Below are positions 13,070 through 25,791 of a DNA stretch of 64,000 nt, one piece after another. A program made the position numbers and the translations under genes. The notes under the pieces were generated by a model, which was not told the DNA's origin, ran no database searches, and saw only the letters and a program-made list of their open reading frames with translations. The stretch spans positions 159,650,001 to 159,714,000 of the forward strand of contig OZ024740.1 in the NCBI GenBank assembly GCA_964016885.1, given 5' to 3'. The number at the start of each line of letters is the position of its first letter. Within the stretch, counting starts at the first letter, position 1. The DNA is from Eledone cirrhosa (taxonomy: Eukaryota).

Positions 13070-13393
13070 GGAGGCACATGGCTTGGTGGTTAGAGCATTG
13101 GGCTTGCAATCGAAAGGTTGTGAGTTCAATTCTCAGACCGGGTGATGTGTTGTTTCCTTGAGTAAGACACTTTATTTCACATTGCTCCAGTTTACTCAGC
13201 TGTAGAAATGAGATGATAGGACTGGTGTCCATATCATTCCACTGCAAAGTGGTCGTGGAGGTGCCACGGCAAAAAAGCACCCAGCACTCACTGTAAATGA
13301 GGTTGGTGTTAGGAAGGGCATCCAACTGTAGAAATCAAGCCAGAATCAGTTCCCGTCCCACCCTTGCAAGCGGACATAAAATGATGATGATGA
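13070..13393 (+). mobile_element. tRNA-head / Meta-like domain SINE with RTE-derived tail and (TGA)n end
   Basis: Box A TGGCTTGGTGG, box B GAGTTCAATTC, GTGTTGTTTCCTTGAGTAAGACACTTTA; tail matches the RTE 3' UTR at 54005-54155. Confidence 0.85.
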
Positions 13394-13859
13394 TATATCA
13401 TATACAAGTGATCCTGCCTCTATCTTGTACTCCTGAAGAAGGACTTAAACCTGATATGCCGAACTATCTTTCCCCTTTTCAATACAAAGTGTGAAACTAA
13501 GACATTTTGTACCTCTGTTTGTTGTCTCCTTGAACTATATATATACCAACTAGTATGGGTATATATATTATATTATATTAGTCTGCCGAGTAGAATTTGG
13601 CAGATGGAAACTGAAGAAGCCACACGCACATGTAACCCCCCCCCCCCCCCTCACACACACACACACACACACACACACCAACACACATGACTCAAGATTA
13701 AAGAAGACGAACACAAAGATATTATTAGTTTCATACATGTTTGAAAGTAAAAGGAATATTTCAATGTATCAGATGTTAGTCCTTCAAAAAAGAATAATGT
13801 TAGGAGAAAGAAGAAATTAGAATTTGAAGGAAAAAAGAAAAAAGTTATACACACACATC

Positions 13860-14166
13860 CCCTGTAAAATAGTTGTTGATGACATGACAAAAAGCACCCA
13901 GTCCACACTGTAAAGTGGAACATGTTCGTCTCACAACAATAAAGCACCGAGTTCACATTGTAAATTGGTTGTCTTGGTGATAAAAAGCACCCAGTTCACA
14001 CTATAAATGAGGGTGGTGTTAGGAAGGGCATAGAAGCCATAGAAACCAAGCTAGAAACAGTTCTGTATGAGTAAGACATTGTCATCTAACATGACATGTC
14101 TCACAATGGGAAAACCCATTTAACTCATACTAGCGTAGTAAAATGGACATTAAAAAGTGATGATGA
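13860..14166 (+). mobile_element. Old RTE 3' UTR fragment with tandem units
   Basis: AAAAAGCACCCAGT.CACACTGTAAA units and a GGACATTAAA..TGATGATGA end. Confidence 0.7.
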
Positions 14167-14411
14167 AGAGTGTGTGTGTAAGTATATATTATTACAGCTT
14201 GCAACAGTAGAAATAAAAGCATCTGTTGAAGCCAGTTACATTCATTATTCTGTTATTTATGGTGTGAAAAATCAGCTATTGGCAAGTACTTATAAGCCTC
14301 AGAGGAGGCAAGAGTTTGTTTTCTTGTCTTTATTTTATCACTTTTAGCTTTCTTTCTCTTCTTTATTTGGTATATTTTGTTTGTTTCCTTATTTGGTTGC
14401 TTTCAGCTTTG

Positions 14412-14450
<39 letters not shown>

Positions 14451-14989
14451 CGTGTAATTTACTACACAAAACGAAGGTTATAGAGAAAATTGAGGTTGGT
14501 AATGGCACATGGAATATATAAGAGACAGAATACTTTTTTGTGAAAAAACATATAATTTTATAAGGTAAGGAAATAATAAAGGGTATAAAAAATGACCGGT
14601 TTCGATGGGTCTGCAAAAGCCATCTTTTCAAATGTTGATTAATATTAAGAAAAATTAATAATAAGAAGAGTTAAAATTTGAGATTTGAAAATTCAAGTAT
14701 AAAATTCATTGTGGGATTTCATAGTAGTTTTGATCTTGGTAGCAGCTCGTTGACTGCTTCTGGTAGTGAATGAGAAGTTATTTGGGGATGTGGGTTATTT
14801 TATAAAGGTCAAATTTAGCAATGGCCAGATGGCCAACTGCTGGTCAGTGAGGGGGTGGAAGCAATATACATACATATATCTTCCTGTGCTCGGTAGGAGA
14901 GGGGAGATTGATAGAAATGGATTTAGTGCACTTACACCTATATATACACACATACCTTCATCCACACATACATACATATACATATACAT

Positions 14990-15048
<59 letters not shown>

Positions 15049-15119
15049 CGCACATATATATACATACACATACATCCAGATACACACATACATACACACA
15101 CACACACACACATATATAT

Positions 15120-15154
<35 letters not shown>

Positions 15155-15177
15155 CATACGCATACATCCAGATACAC

Positions 15178-15208
<31 letters not shown>

Positions 15209-15210
15209 AT

Positions 15211-15251
<41 letters not shown>

Positions 15252-15661
15252 TACATACACCCACACACAGAGAAATGGCCTCCAAATATATATATATACA
15301 TACATACACATATTGTTTCCATAATATAAGAAGTTAGGGCAGTGAAATTAAAATACAAGTCATTCTGATCACATTGAGTTCTTCATGTAGATTGGGCCCC
15401 GCAACCGACAGTGGTGAATTCTGTGTGCGCATATATATATAGATATATGTGTGTGCACGTGCAGGGTTTAACATGGATGTGTTGGTCACACAAAGGCATG
15501 GTCTGTCAACGAATAAACCTGATTCTACAGAATTGGTCTCTGGTCTTTAATAGTAGTGATAATTATATACATGCACACATACAAACACATATATCTGTCA
15601 CTCCGTTCTTATTCGGGAAACCTCTGGTAATGAGGTAATTATATTGTATTGTTTATTATAC

Positions 15662-15699
<38 letters not shown>

Positions 15700-16853
15700 A
15701 CTAGAACTCAACACCCAATTTTTAACATGATAGAGCACCTAGCTCCACACTTACACCCCCCTCTCACATGCTTACACCTCCACTTATTCTCTCTCACACA
15801 CATACACACACACAGACCAGTTTTAACATGATAGAGCATCTAGCCCCCACATATAGACATATCCTCTCACACATACACACACACACACATATACTTACGC
15901 CTTCACGTATTCTCCCACACACTTAAACTTACATGTACAAAACCCCTTTTAAAGCGACACAACTCTTTATCCACCTAACCTTCACTCTTTGACATTAGAG
16001 ATAGAATGGAATCTCTATAGCATTTCCTGTCAGCATGACTTGGCAAGCTAATTAGAACACTGGATTAACCCCTTCACTTCCCTCCGAAGAAGAGATATTA
16101 TCTAAAAAATTAAGGATATTTAAATAAATCTAAGGTAAAAGACTAATTGTCAACAATATCTTTTGCATTTGCATTTATATTCTATATCCATACCTGCATT
16201 GTCTTAACCTTCCAACTCCAAACGTTTATATATATATACAGATATACATTCATACAACCACATGCATATATTTTTTTACACTCACGCACACCTACATGTA
16301 TGAAGGATCCTCCATTGTTTTTAATGGTGGCCATTTAATTGTTTGGTTAACTTATTCCTCAGTCATATGGACCCTTAACATAATTCTGAGACTGAATCAG
16401 CGTAATACAATATGTAACAAGGCTGTGCATTTGAATTATAGATACAATCTACCTAACAGGCTTATATATGCACACACACACATAGGAAGGGCATCCAGCT
16501 GTAGAAATCAAGCCAGAATCAGTTCCCGTATGAGCAAGGCAGGGTCAGCCGACCGGCTACTGCCCACAACAGGACAACCTGTCTAACCCATGCTAGCGTG
16601 GAAGAACGGACGTAAAACGGTGATGATGATGATGATATATACACACACACACACACACATGGTAATATGTAACTGTGCAAGCTATGAAACTTTTAGTTCA
16701 AAATTGATATCTAAAATTGTATTAAATCATATATATGAATTTGTATGTATATATGCATGTATATGTATGCATATATTTATATGTATAAATATACGTATAT
16801 ACATAAGTACATACATAGATACATATGTGTGTGTATGCGCATATATATAAAAT

Positions 16854-17291
16854 TATATTTGGGAAAAGTAAACAAGAAGAAAACTTTACCTATTTACTTT
16901 GATGTCCTGTCTGCAGTTTTGCTGAGTAATCACAATTTTGAGCACTGTGATGAATCTTGGCTCAACAGGAACTTTTCAATCAAGAAAAAATTCTTGCAAG
17001 TTATCTGCTAATTACTCCTTTATGGGTGAGTATTAAATTTGGCTGAATTGGACTGCTTCTTCTAGCAGCCTTATTACTTGCCATTGTCCACCTACTGCTG
17101 CTCATCTGTTGACTTCCATCTAAAATTATCGTTGGTAGCGGTTACCGCAAAAGAATGTTTTTATTGATTGAGAAGTTCCCTGATGAGCTGAGATTTCTCA
17201 CAGTGCTCAAAACTGCGATTACTCAGCAAAACTGCACTTGAGACATTAAAGTAAATAGGTAAATTTTTCTTGTTTACCTTTCCCAAATATA
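16854..17291. repeat. Fold-back element with ~140-bp inverted arms (16854-16997 and 17147-17291)
   Basis: Arms are diverged reverse complements; the peptide YLGKVNKK..LPIYF appears on both strands in the ORF track. Confidence 0.85.
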
Positions 17292-17391
17292 TTTTTATTA
17301 ATTCTTTCATTGGGCAAAACTGGTATTGGTTGGACTCCCTCATATGCATGTTTATACTTGTGTATGTATGTTTATACTTGTGTATGTTGTG

Positions 17392-17436
<45 letters not shown>

Positions 17437-17599
17437 TCAACACAGGACTCAGATCTCTGGTATTACGTAGTAATACAGAAGACCTGACTTTCTATGAGCA
17501 CAGGCTGATGCTGAAGCATATATATAGTATGCACAACCCCACCTCACTCACTCCCATACATCTTCCATGAGGACAAGCTGAAGTAAACATCCAGTGAAG

Positions 17600-17965
17600 C
17601 TTCTAACCCACTCTGTAAAGTGATCGTGATGGCGATATGACAAAAATACCCACCCCACACTGTGAAGTGGTCATGATGGTGACATGCAAAAAGCCCCCAG
17701 CCCACACTGTAAATTGGTTGTGTAGGTGTAAAAGCAAAAAAGCACTCAGTCCACACTGTAAAGTGGTCATGTAGATGTCAGGACAAAAAGCACCCAGTTC
17801 TCACTGTAAATGATTTAGCACCAGAAAGGGCATTCAGCTGTAGAAACCAAGCCCAAATCGGTTTTGTATGAGCAAGACATGGTCACTTGACCTGGCATTG
17901 CTCACAACAGGCTAACTCATCTAACTCATGCCAGCATGAAAAAATGGACATTAAACAGTGATGAT
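17600..17965 (+). mobile_element. Old RTE 3' UTR fragment with about 5 tandem units
   Basis: Repeated CACTGTAAAGTG...AAAAAGCACCCAG; ends CATGCCAGCATG..GGACATTAAAC..TGATGA. Confidence 0.75.
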
Positions 17966-18458
17966 ATATATATATATATCTTCAATTTATTTGTTATATA
18001 CATATATATCCTATGCTAGCATGGAAAATAGACGTTAAACAATGAATATATATATATGTGTGTGTGTGCATGTGTGTGTGTGTGTAACACACAGCCACAC
18101 ATACAAACACTCGCAGCATACACAGGGACTTTACCATTTTCATTTTAAAGAGAGATAGTTGGGTTGGCAGTGAAAAGGAAATGGTGGAAGCAAGAGTAGA
18201 TTGTACTGTAATTAAGGTTTATTTGATGTCTGGCTGTCACCAGCTTTGCTAGACCAATTCCACAATTGGCTGTAAAAAATTCAATAATATCAAATTGTTG
18301 TTTACTATAGGAAAGGCCCAATGGAATAGTGGTAGAAATATCAATTACTCATTCAGTGACAGTGAATGAAGGAATGTAGAGACAGTGAGAAAGATGAGTG
18401 AAAGAGAGATTGTCAGTAGAAGAATGAGATACAGGTATATATATGTACACACATGCAC

Positions 18459-18570
<112 letters not shown>

Positions 18571-18599
18571 CATTATATATATATATATATTCAGGAAAC

Positions 18600-18855
18600 T
18601 ATTATCTCTGTTAATAATTGGATTTTATCTCAGATAATGGGTAGATTGTATGCTGCCTGCATGAGTAGAGCAATACTGCATTGCAGTGAGACATGGGCAA
18701 TCAATGTAGAGGATATGCAGGGGCTGGTGAGAAATGAAGTCAGCATGTTCTGTTAGACTTGTAATGTTAGTGTACATGAAAGATGGGGCATTGATGAACT
18801 GAGAAAAATCTAGGTATAATAGGAATCAAAAACATTGTACAAGAAAGAAGACATA
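18600..18855 (+). pseudogene. Degenerate RTE RT C-terminal fragment
   Basis: GRLYAACMSRAILHCSETWAINVEDM matches GRLYDACIRTAMLHGSETWALKVEDL of the intact ORF. Confidence 0.8.
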
Positions 18856-20165
18856 TCCCTGCTTCTTGTCCAATCAAAGCCAACACAGAAAGCTATTTAC
18901 CTTCCTCTTTCCTCAACCAATCTTTCAGCAAGGAAAGATGAAGAAATGAAATGTCAAAATATAAGAAAGAAGAAAAATGGAAGTTGATTGAAGAAACCAG
19001 AAGGGAAGAAAATATAAAAGTGTGCAAGAATTTGGGAAGAGAAAAAAGGATTGGAAAGAAAAGAAAGAATTTGGAAAGGAAAGGAAGTCGATTAGGAAAG
19101 AAAGAAGTTTGGAAGTAATGGAATACCCCCCCCCCCCCCCCCCCCCCAACAAAAAATGTTGAAAGGAAAGAAAGGAGATTAGGAAGGAAAGAAAGTTTGG
19201 AAGAAATGGAAAAACTCCAAAAGAAAAAGAAAGAATTTGGGTAGAAAAGGAAAGAAATTGAAGGAAAATTAGTATAGAGTAAATGGAAGATTTTTTAAAG
19301 TAAGTGAAAAAGATTGGAAAGAAAATAATAGCAAAATAAATAAGATATACATAAAAATATATAATGACTAGTTTAAAATCGAAAATACATTGAGAAAACA
19401 AATCACAATGTGACAAAAGATAAAAACAATCATATTCTGAAAGAAATCAGTTCCATTGAAGGCTACCAATTGGCTTATTCTTCAAGTTTCGCTAGGTTTT
19501 TTTGAAGACTGATTCTAATTTATTGTGAAATGTTTACTATGGAGTCTTCAGAATTCTTTGGGCTTCATTTAAAAATGGATGCATCATTGTGTAAGTATTG
19601 TTGTATATGTGTAGTTTTGTGTGCACCTATATTCTTTGTGTGCATGAGTATATGTGTGTGGTTGTGTATGTTTGTGCATTATATATATATATATATATAT
19701 ATCGATGATAGCGTGGAAAATGGGACATTAAACATTAACAATGATGATGATGATGATATATATATATGTGTGTGTGCATACATACATATATTTATAAATA
19801 CTTGTTATATGGGCTTGTGGTAAACACATTAAACATGTACTGAATTAAAGATTAACATACTCTATAAAGAGCCAATAAATATTTGTTATTTATAGTGGCT
19901 ATTTACTTCAAAGTTTTATCGACATTTCTAGCTGATCAAAACAATTTTCATTCGACAATAACTTTGGCAAATTTTAAAATAAATATTCACTATTCATAAC
20001 AAATATTTTATGTGAGGCTGTGGCAGTAGAACCATTGCACAAGCAGCTCAATTGCTCCCTGGCTCATGTGAAGAATTAGAGAAGAATTTATCCACACACA
20101 TTGCACTTCAGTTCCCTCTAGATATGTATACATATATATATATATATATGCTAAACGATGATGAT

Positions 20166-20425
20166 GATCATCATCATCATAATCATCTTACGTCCACTTT
20201 TTCCCTGCTTGCAAGGGTGGGACGGGTCTTATTCAGCACAGCATCTCTCCACTTGTCACGGTCCTTCGTCATCTCCACCGTGAGCTTCAGCGATCTGAGG
20301 TCTGTTCTCACCACCTCCGCCCATGTTTTTTGTTGTCTACTACCACGTCTTCCTTCAACTGGCATTTCCTGGCACCTCTTCACCCATCGGTCATCCTCCA
20401 TGCGCATCACATAACAGTACAACGG
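20166..20425 (-). mobile_element. 3' fragment of RTE subfamily B (short 3' UTR)
   Basis: [49 protein letters not shown] runs directly into a (TGA)n tail. Confidence 0.85.
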
Positions 20426-21551
20426 TACTCGTTTAACCTATGCTGGCATGGAAAAATGAACATTAAATGACAATAATGATACACACATATATATATATAA
20501 AAGGAAGAAATCAATCATCAAATTGGATTAAGAAAACTTTATTTCTATTGGTCTTTCCATTACTGATACTATCTGTTTGTGGTAACTCCAGACAGAAAAA
20601 TGGTGTGACTTCTTTCAGAGCACACAAAACCAGAACAAATAGCACATGTTATCATGTTCAATGCTTTGACAATTTACCTGGACTGGTATTTTATCTATCA
20701 ACCTAAAAGAATGAAAGGCAAAGTTGACCATTGTCAGATTTCAACTCTGAGTAGAGATACAGAACAAATACTTAACTAACAATTCTGCTATTTCAGCTTA
20801 GACATGTAAATGTGTATATACATCTATAAACATATATATAAAGAGATAGATATATAAACATATATAGATAGATAGAGAGAGAGAGCGAGAGAAAGAAAAG
20901 ACGTGTGGCTGAGTGGTTATAGAATTGTATTCACAATCGTGGGGTTGTTAGTTCGATTCCTGTATCGGTGATGCGTTATGTCCTTGAGCAAGACACTTTA
21001 TTTCACGTTGCTCTTTCTACCTGGAGTTGTGACCGATAGATAGTATTAACAATTGGAAAGAGCAACGGAAACATTGTTTCCTCGGTCCGATTTGACGAAA
21101 GTCGATCGACTGTCAATATATATATATATATATATATAAAGAGAGAGAGATGTGTCTCTGTGTATGTATATGTTCATTTATGTTGGAATTCAAACATAAT
21201 TTGTATGCATGTGTATATACCCATACCCTAAACCATATGCACATATACAGTCTTCATCATTGTTATAAACAACAACATAAAAATCAGGTATCAACTGTAG
21301 ATCTCAACAATTTTGATACCTTCAGTGGTGCCAAGCAGTATTGATGTTACCAAGGAATCTCCTTTTTGATCTCAGCACTGGTTTTTCTCTCAAATGCTTT
21401 TGCCATAAACCCAGTGATTCTTGTTTCTGCCTCATTCTCTAATTTTGAATCCCCTTTCTACACTGCTATCCAATACCAGCCAGGAAGACATGATGGATTT
21501 AGCTATAAATCAATGACATCTGACCTTACCTAGGAGCAATGTATATATAAT

Positions 21552-21731
21552 TGTTTCTAATTTTGGCACAAGGCCAGCAATTATCCCAGTACATTACTGG
21601 TGCTTTATTTTATTGACCCCGTAAGGATGAAAGGCAAAGTTAACCTTGGCGGTATTTGAACTCAGATCATAAAGGGCCGTAACTCTTTGCTGCAAAGCAT
21701 GGGTGTCAGACCCTCTACCGATACTGCCAAT
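21552..21731 (-). mobile_element. Nin-domain SINE copy
   Basis: Reverse complement of the 6685-6869 family. Confidence 0.8.
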
Positions 21732-22397
21732 AATGAAGGGAAAAAAGACTACATGTGATAGGAGAAGTGATAAAAGTTACTTTTGATATTTTGGATGGAA
21801 TCCTTCTTAAGAAAGTAAATAGAAAGTGGAAGAAAGAGTGGAAAAAGAAGAAAATAATAGAAAAGATATGTAGCAAGTTTATATATGATATCCATTGGCT
21901 ACTAAGTGTACTCTTATTGCAATAGTGTAATTCTCTCTTCAGATTAAATTACTGGACTATCATCTCTGATTAAATTAGATTTTACCTTTGAATTATATAA
22001 CAAAGGCTATTGGTTAGAAAATCCTGTTGATAAATTTATGCCAAGGAATTTTAGTCTCAATGTGGTTTAACAATCAACGAATAGAATGAGGGGTGATTCA
22101 TATGGAGTCAAGAATTAAAATATTGGGTATACAAATCTGGGTTATTTATTGTATGAGCGTAAGTATTCAGAGCATTTAGATAATAAATCTAAGAACTTGG
22201 AATGAATTTAGGACATTTTTATTCATCTTACATGTGTTTTGAGATTTTTGTCATGACACTAGAATTGAGTGCAAGAAACATGTCATAGCGGTAGTTGAGA
22301 GGAGAGTGAGTGGCACTTGGTAGTATTCTTCACATTTCATTTGTTTAAACATAAGATGAATAAAAATGTCTTAGATGCCTTCAGAATTCCTGGATTC

Positions 22398-22437
<40 letters not shown>

Positions 22438-22438
22438 A

Positions 22439-22539
<101 letters not shown>

Positions 22540-22564
22540 ATATATGTATGTGTGTGTGTGTGTG

Positions 22565-22606
<42 letters not shown>

Positions 22607-22663
22607 AAGGTTAAACAAGGTTCAATGAATAAATCAAAGAATGAGTTTTACAATAGATTGAGG

Positions 22664-22701
<38 letters not shown>

Positions 22702-23394
22702 CCTCACCACTGTTAATATTTGTTTTCCCTGCTTGCATGGGTGGGTTAGGTGAGCTGTCATGAAATGTTGTACATTTACCAGGTACAAAGACATACTGCA
22801 TTTTATCTAGATTAAATTTATCCCTAATTTTCATTATTATCAACATCCTCATTACCATTTAACACCTATTTCTATGCTTACCTAGGTTTAATTAGTTGTC
22901 ACATTATGAAGTCAGACTGTTTAGGTGACCACATATTGCTAATACAATTCCATTTTGATTTAGTTTTCTGTGGCTGAATGTTCTTCATAATGCCACTGTC
23001 AAGCATAATACTATTAATCTCTACTATGATATTGTGTACTCGTTTTTACATTGAATAATATTGTGGGTATATTATCATCATCATTATCATCATCTCTCTA
23101 AGAGAAGGTCACTCTGATATAAAACCTGTACTCCGTTTGCATCCAATGATGTAGACCAGTTCTTCTTTTTGGGCAAATGCATTTGATGTTCAGAGAGTGG
23201 GATTGGCCCCATGTAAGGCCTTCCCTCACTTAAAAAAGCTTCAAGCACAGGCATCACTTGTTATGTGACAATTTTTGCAATGCATGGTATTGCTGGCCAT
23301 AGGCAAGTCCCTAGCAGGACTAAAAGGCCACATCCGTGATGCTCTTGCTTAGGTATCTAGTGATGGCATTACTTGAAATTGAGTTGCAGCCATC

Positions 23395-23426
<32 letters not shown>

Positions 23427-23626
23427 TTTTACGTCCGCTTTTCCCTGCTAGCAAGGGTGGGATGGGAACTGATTCTGGCTTGATTTCTACAGCTGGATGC
23501 CCTTCCTAACACCAACCTCATTTATAGTGAGTGGTGGGTGCTTTTATGCCGTGGCACCTCCACGACCACTTTTGCAGTAGAATGATATGGACCCCAGTCC
23601 TATCATCTCATTTCTACAGCTGAGTA

Positions 23627-23630
<4 letters not shown>
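23427..23630 (-). mobile_element. 5'-truncated RTE-tailed SINE
   Basis: Reverse complement of the 3' half of 53170-53483; flanked by (TA)n on both sides. Confidence 0.8.
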
Positions 23631-23689
<59 letters not shown>

Positions 23690-23692
23690 CAC

Positions 23693-23792
<100 letters not shown>

Positions 23793-25144
23793 TATATATA
23801 TATATATATATAACTTGGTCAAGGACATTCTCTCCATATATATATATATTCATCATCATCACCATCACTGTCACCATTGTTATTCTGTGCTGCATTATTA
23901 GTGGTTTTTAATAAATAATAAAGAGGCGACAGACATGTCCTTATAAGTCCCATTCTGGCTGAGATTTAATGACATTAATTAGATGTCATCCGACATACTG
24001 ATTCTAAAAAGTGTATAGCTGTTTTAGGTGTGTTTATATATGTTCAGAATTTAATAAAAAGAATGAATCTCACACACCCATACACACATGTGCACAAACA
24101 TATAGATGCATACACACACAGATATCATGTCAGACGTTTTCCATATACATATACAAACATATTTTCAAATGTGTATTTATATATATATGGGTGTTTACAT
24201 GGACGTGGTATTTGTAGTAATTACACTACTACAATGTATAATGTATAAGCATATATATATATATACACATATTCATATATACATTTGTGCATATATATAC
24301 GTTATACACACATATATGCATGTATGTAAAAGATTACCAAACAATTTTATGTAAAAATATTTATGTAAAGATATTATGTAAAGATATTTACAGCCAAGAT
24401 ACATGAATTTTTGTAATTTCTCCACCTCTTTATCAAAGCGATGATGATGATGATATATATATATATATCATCATCATCGCTTTATATATATATATATATA
24501 TATATCATTTCATCATTTGATATATCATCATCATCATCATCATCACCGTTTTACGTCCGGTCTTCCACGCTAGCATGCGTATATATATATGTGTGTGTAT
24601 ATATCATCATCATCGGTTTGATAAAGAGGTGGAAAAATTACAGGAATACATGTATCTGTTGGCTGTAAATATCTTTACATAATATATATATATATATATA
24701 TATATATCACATTTTAACTTATACACCACACTTATATAGATTTTGTTTATTTAATTATACCTTTCATTTATTTTCTCTTTCATTAGCATTATTTTTTCTG
24801 GAAGTAAATTGACACTTCTCTTTCTGTCCACGCCCATCTTCTCCAAGTAGCACCTCTCACAAGGACACTCACATGACACACATGGGTAGTAGCATCAAGC
24901 ATAAATATTAAACAGATTTATAGAAACTGAAAGGGAAAATGCTCATTATATATATGTGTGTGTACACAGTTAGATATATCATGATCATTATCAATTAATG
25001 GACATTCTACATATCCACATATGTATGCATGTATGAATATACCCTTGCTAGTGTGGATAATGGACTGTAAACAATGATGATGATGATGATGTGGATGTAT
25101 ATAAATATCTGCATGTGAGTATATATGTGTGTGTATGTGCATAT

Positions 25145-25740
25145 CTGGGAGATTTCAATGCACATGCTGGTACTGACCACCTAACGTGGAAAACAGCAAT
25201 GGGGAGGAATGGCAATCCCAATCTAAATACAAATGAAGAGGCCTTATGAGACTTCTGCTCTAGTAATAGGGTTTTTATTATGAATGCCTTCTTCCTGCAC
25301 AAAGATATCCATAAATATACAACGGATGAGGGGAGTTAGGGACAAAGATGAATAATTGATTTTTTTTTTATTGTCTCTGATCTCTTTGATTTTGAGCTGG
25401 ATGTCCATGTTAAGAGAGGGGCCAGGCTGTCAACTGATCACCATATAGTTATCTGCAACCTGAGACTACCTAAATCCAAGAAAGCCCTCCAAACTGGCAG
25501 GTGCAGGATAAAATGGCAAATGATGGTGAATAAGGAAGTCAGTACCAGGTATGCGGATACTATTGCAATTCAGATAACTATCTGGGCAAATTGAGGACAT
25601 TAAATGGAGTAGACAATTCAGCTCGGTAGTTTCTGTGGCCTGGTGTTGTGTTGGGTGGCAAGAAAATCTGTTGGTTTAATCAACAGTTCAAAGATACCAT
25701 TCAAACAAAGAAGGAGGCTTTCAAGCTTGGTTTGGAAGTC
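25145..25740 (+). pseudogene. Degenerate APE endonuclease fragment of an Expander/RTE-1-like LINE
   Basis: Manual translation gives GDFNAHAG..W..AMGRNGNPNLN, DFCSSN..IMNAFFLHKDIHKYT and DVHVKRGARLSTDHHIV. Confidence 0.8.
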
Positions 25741-25791
25741 TTCCTTCTTATACTTGCAATACAATGTGTGTGTATATATATATATATATAT

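Noticed and set aside
13070-13142. tRNA gene
   Set aside because: A/B boxes are present but there is no proper acceptor stem, and the sequence continues into a SINE body found in several copies.
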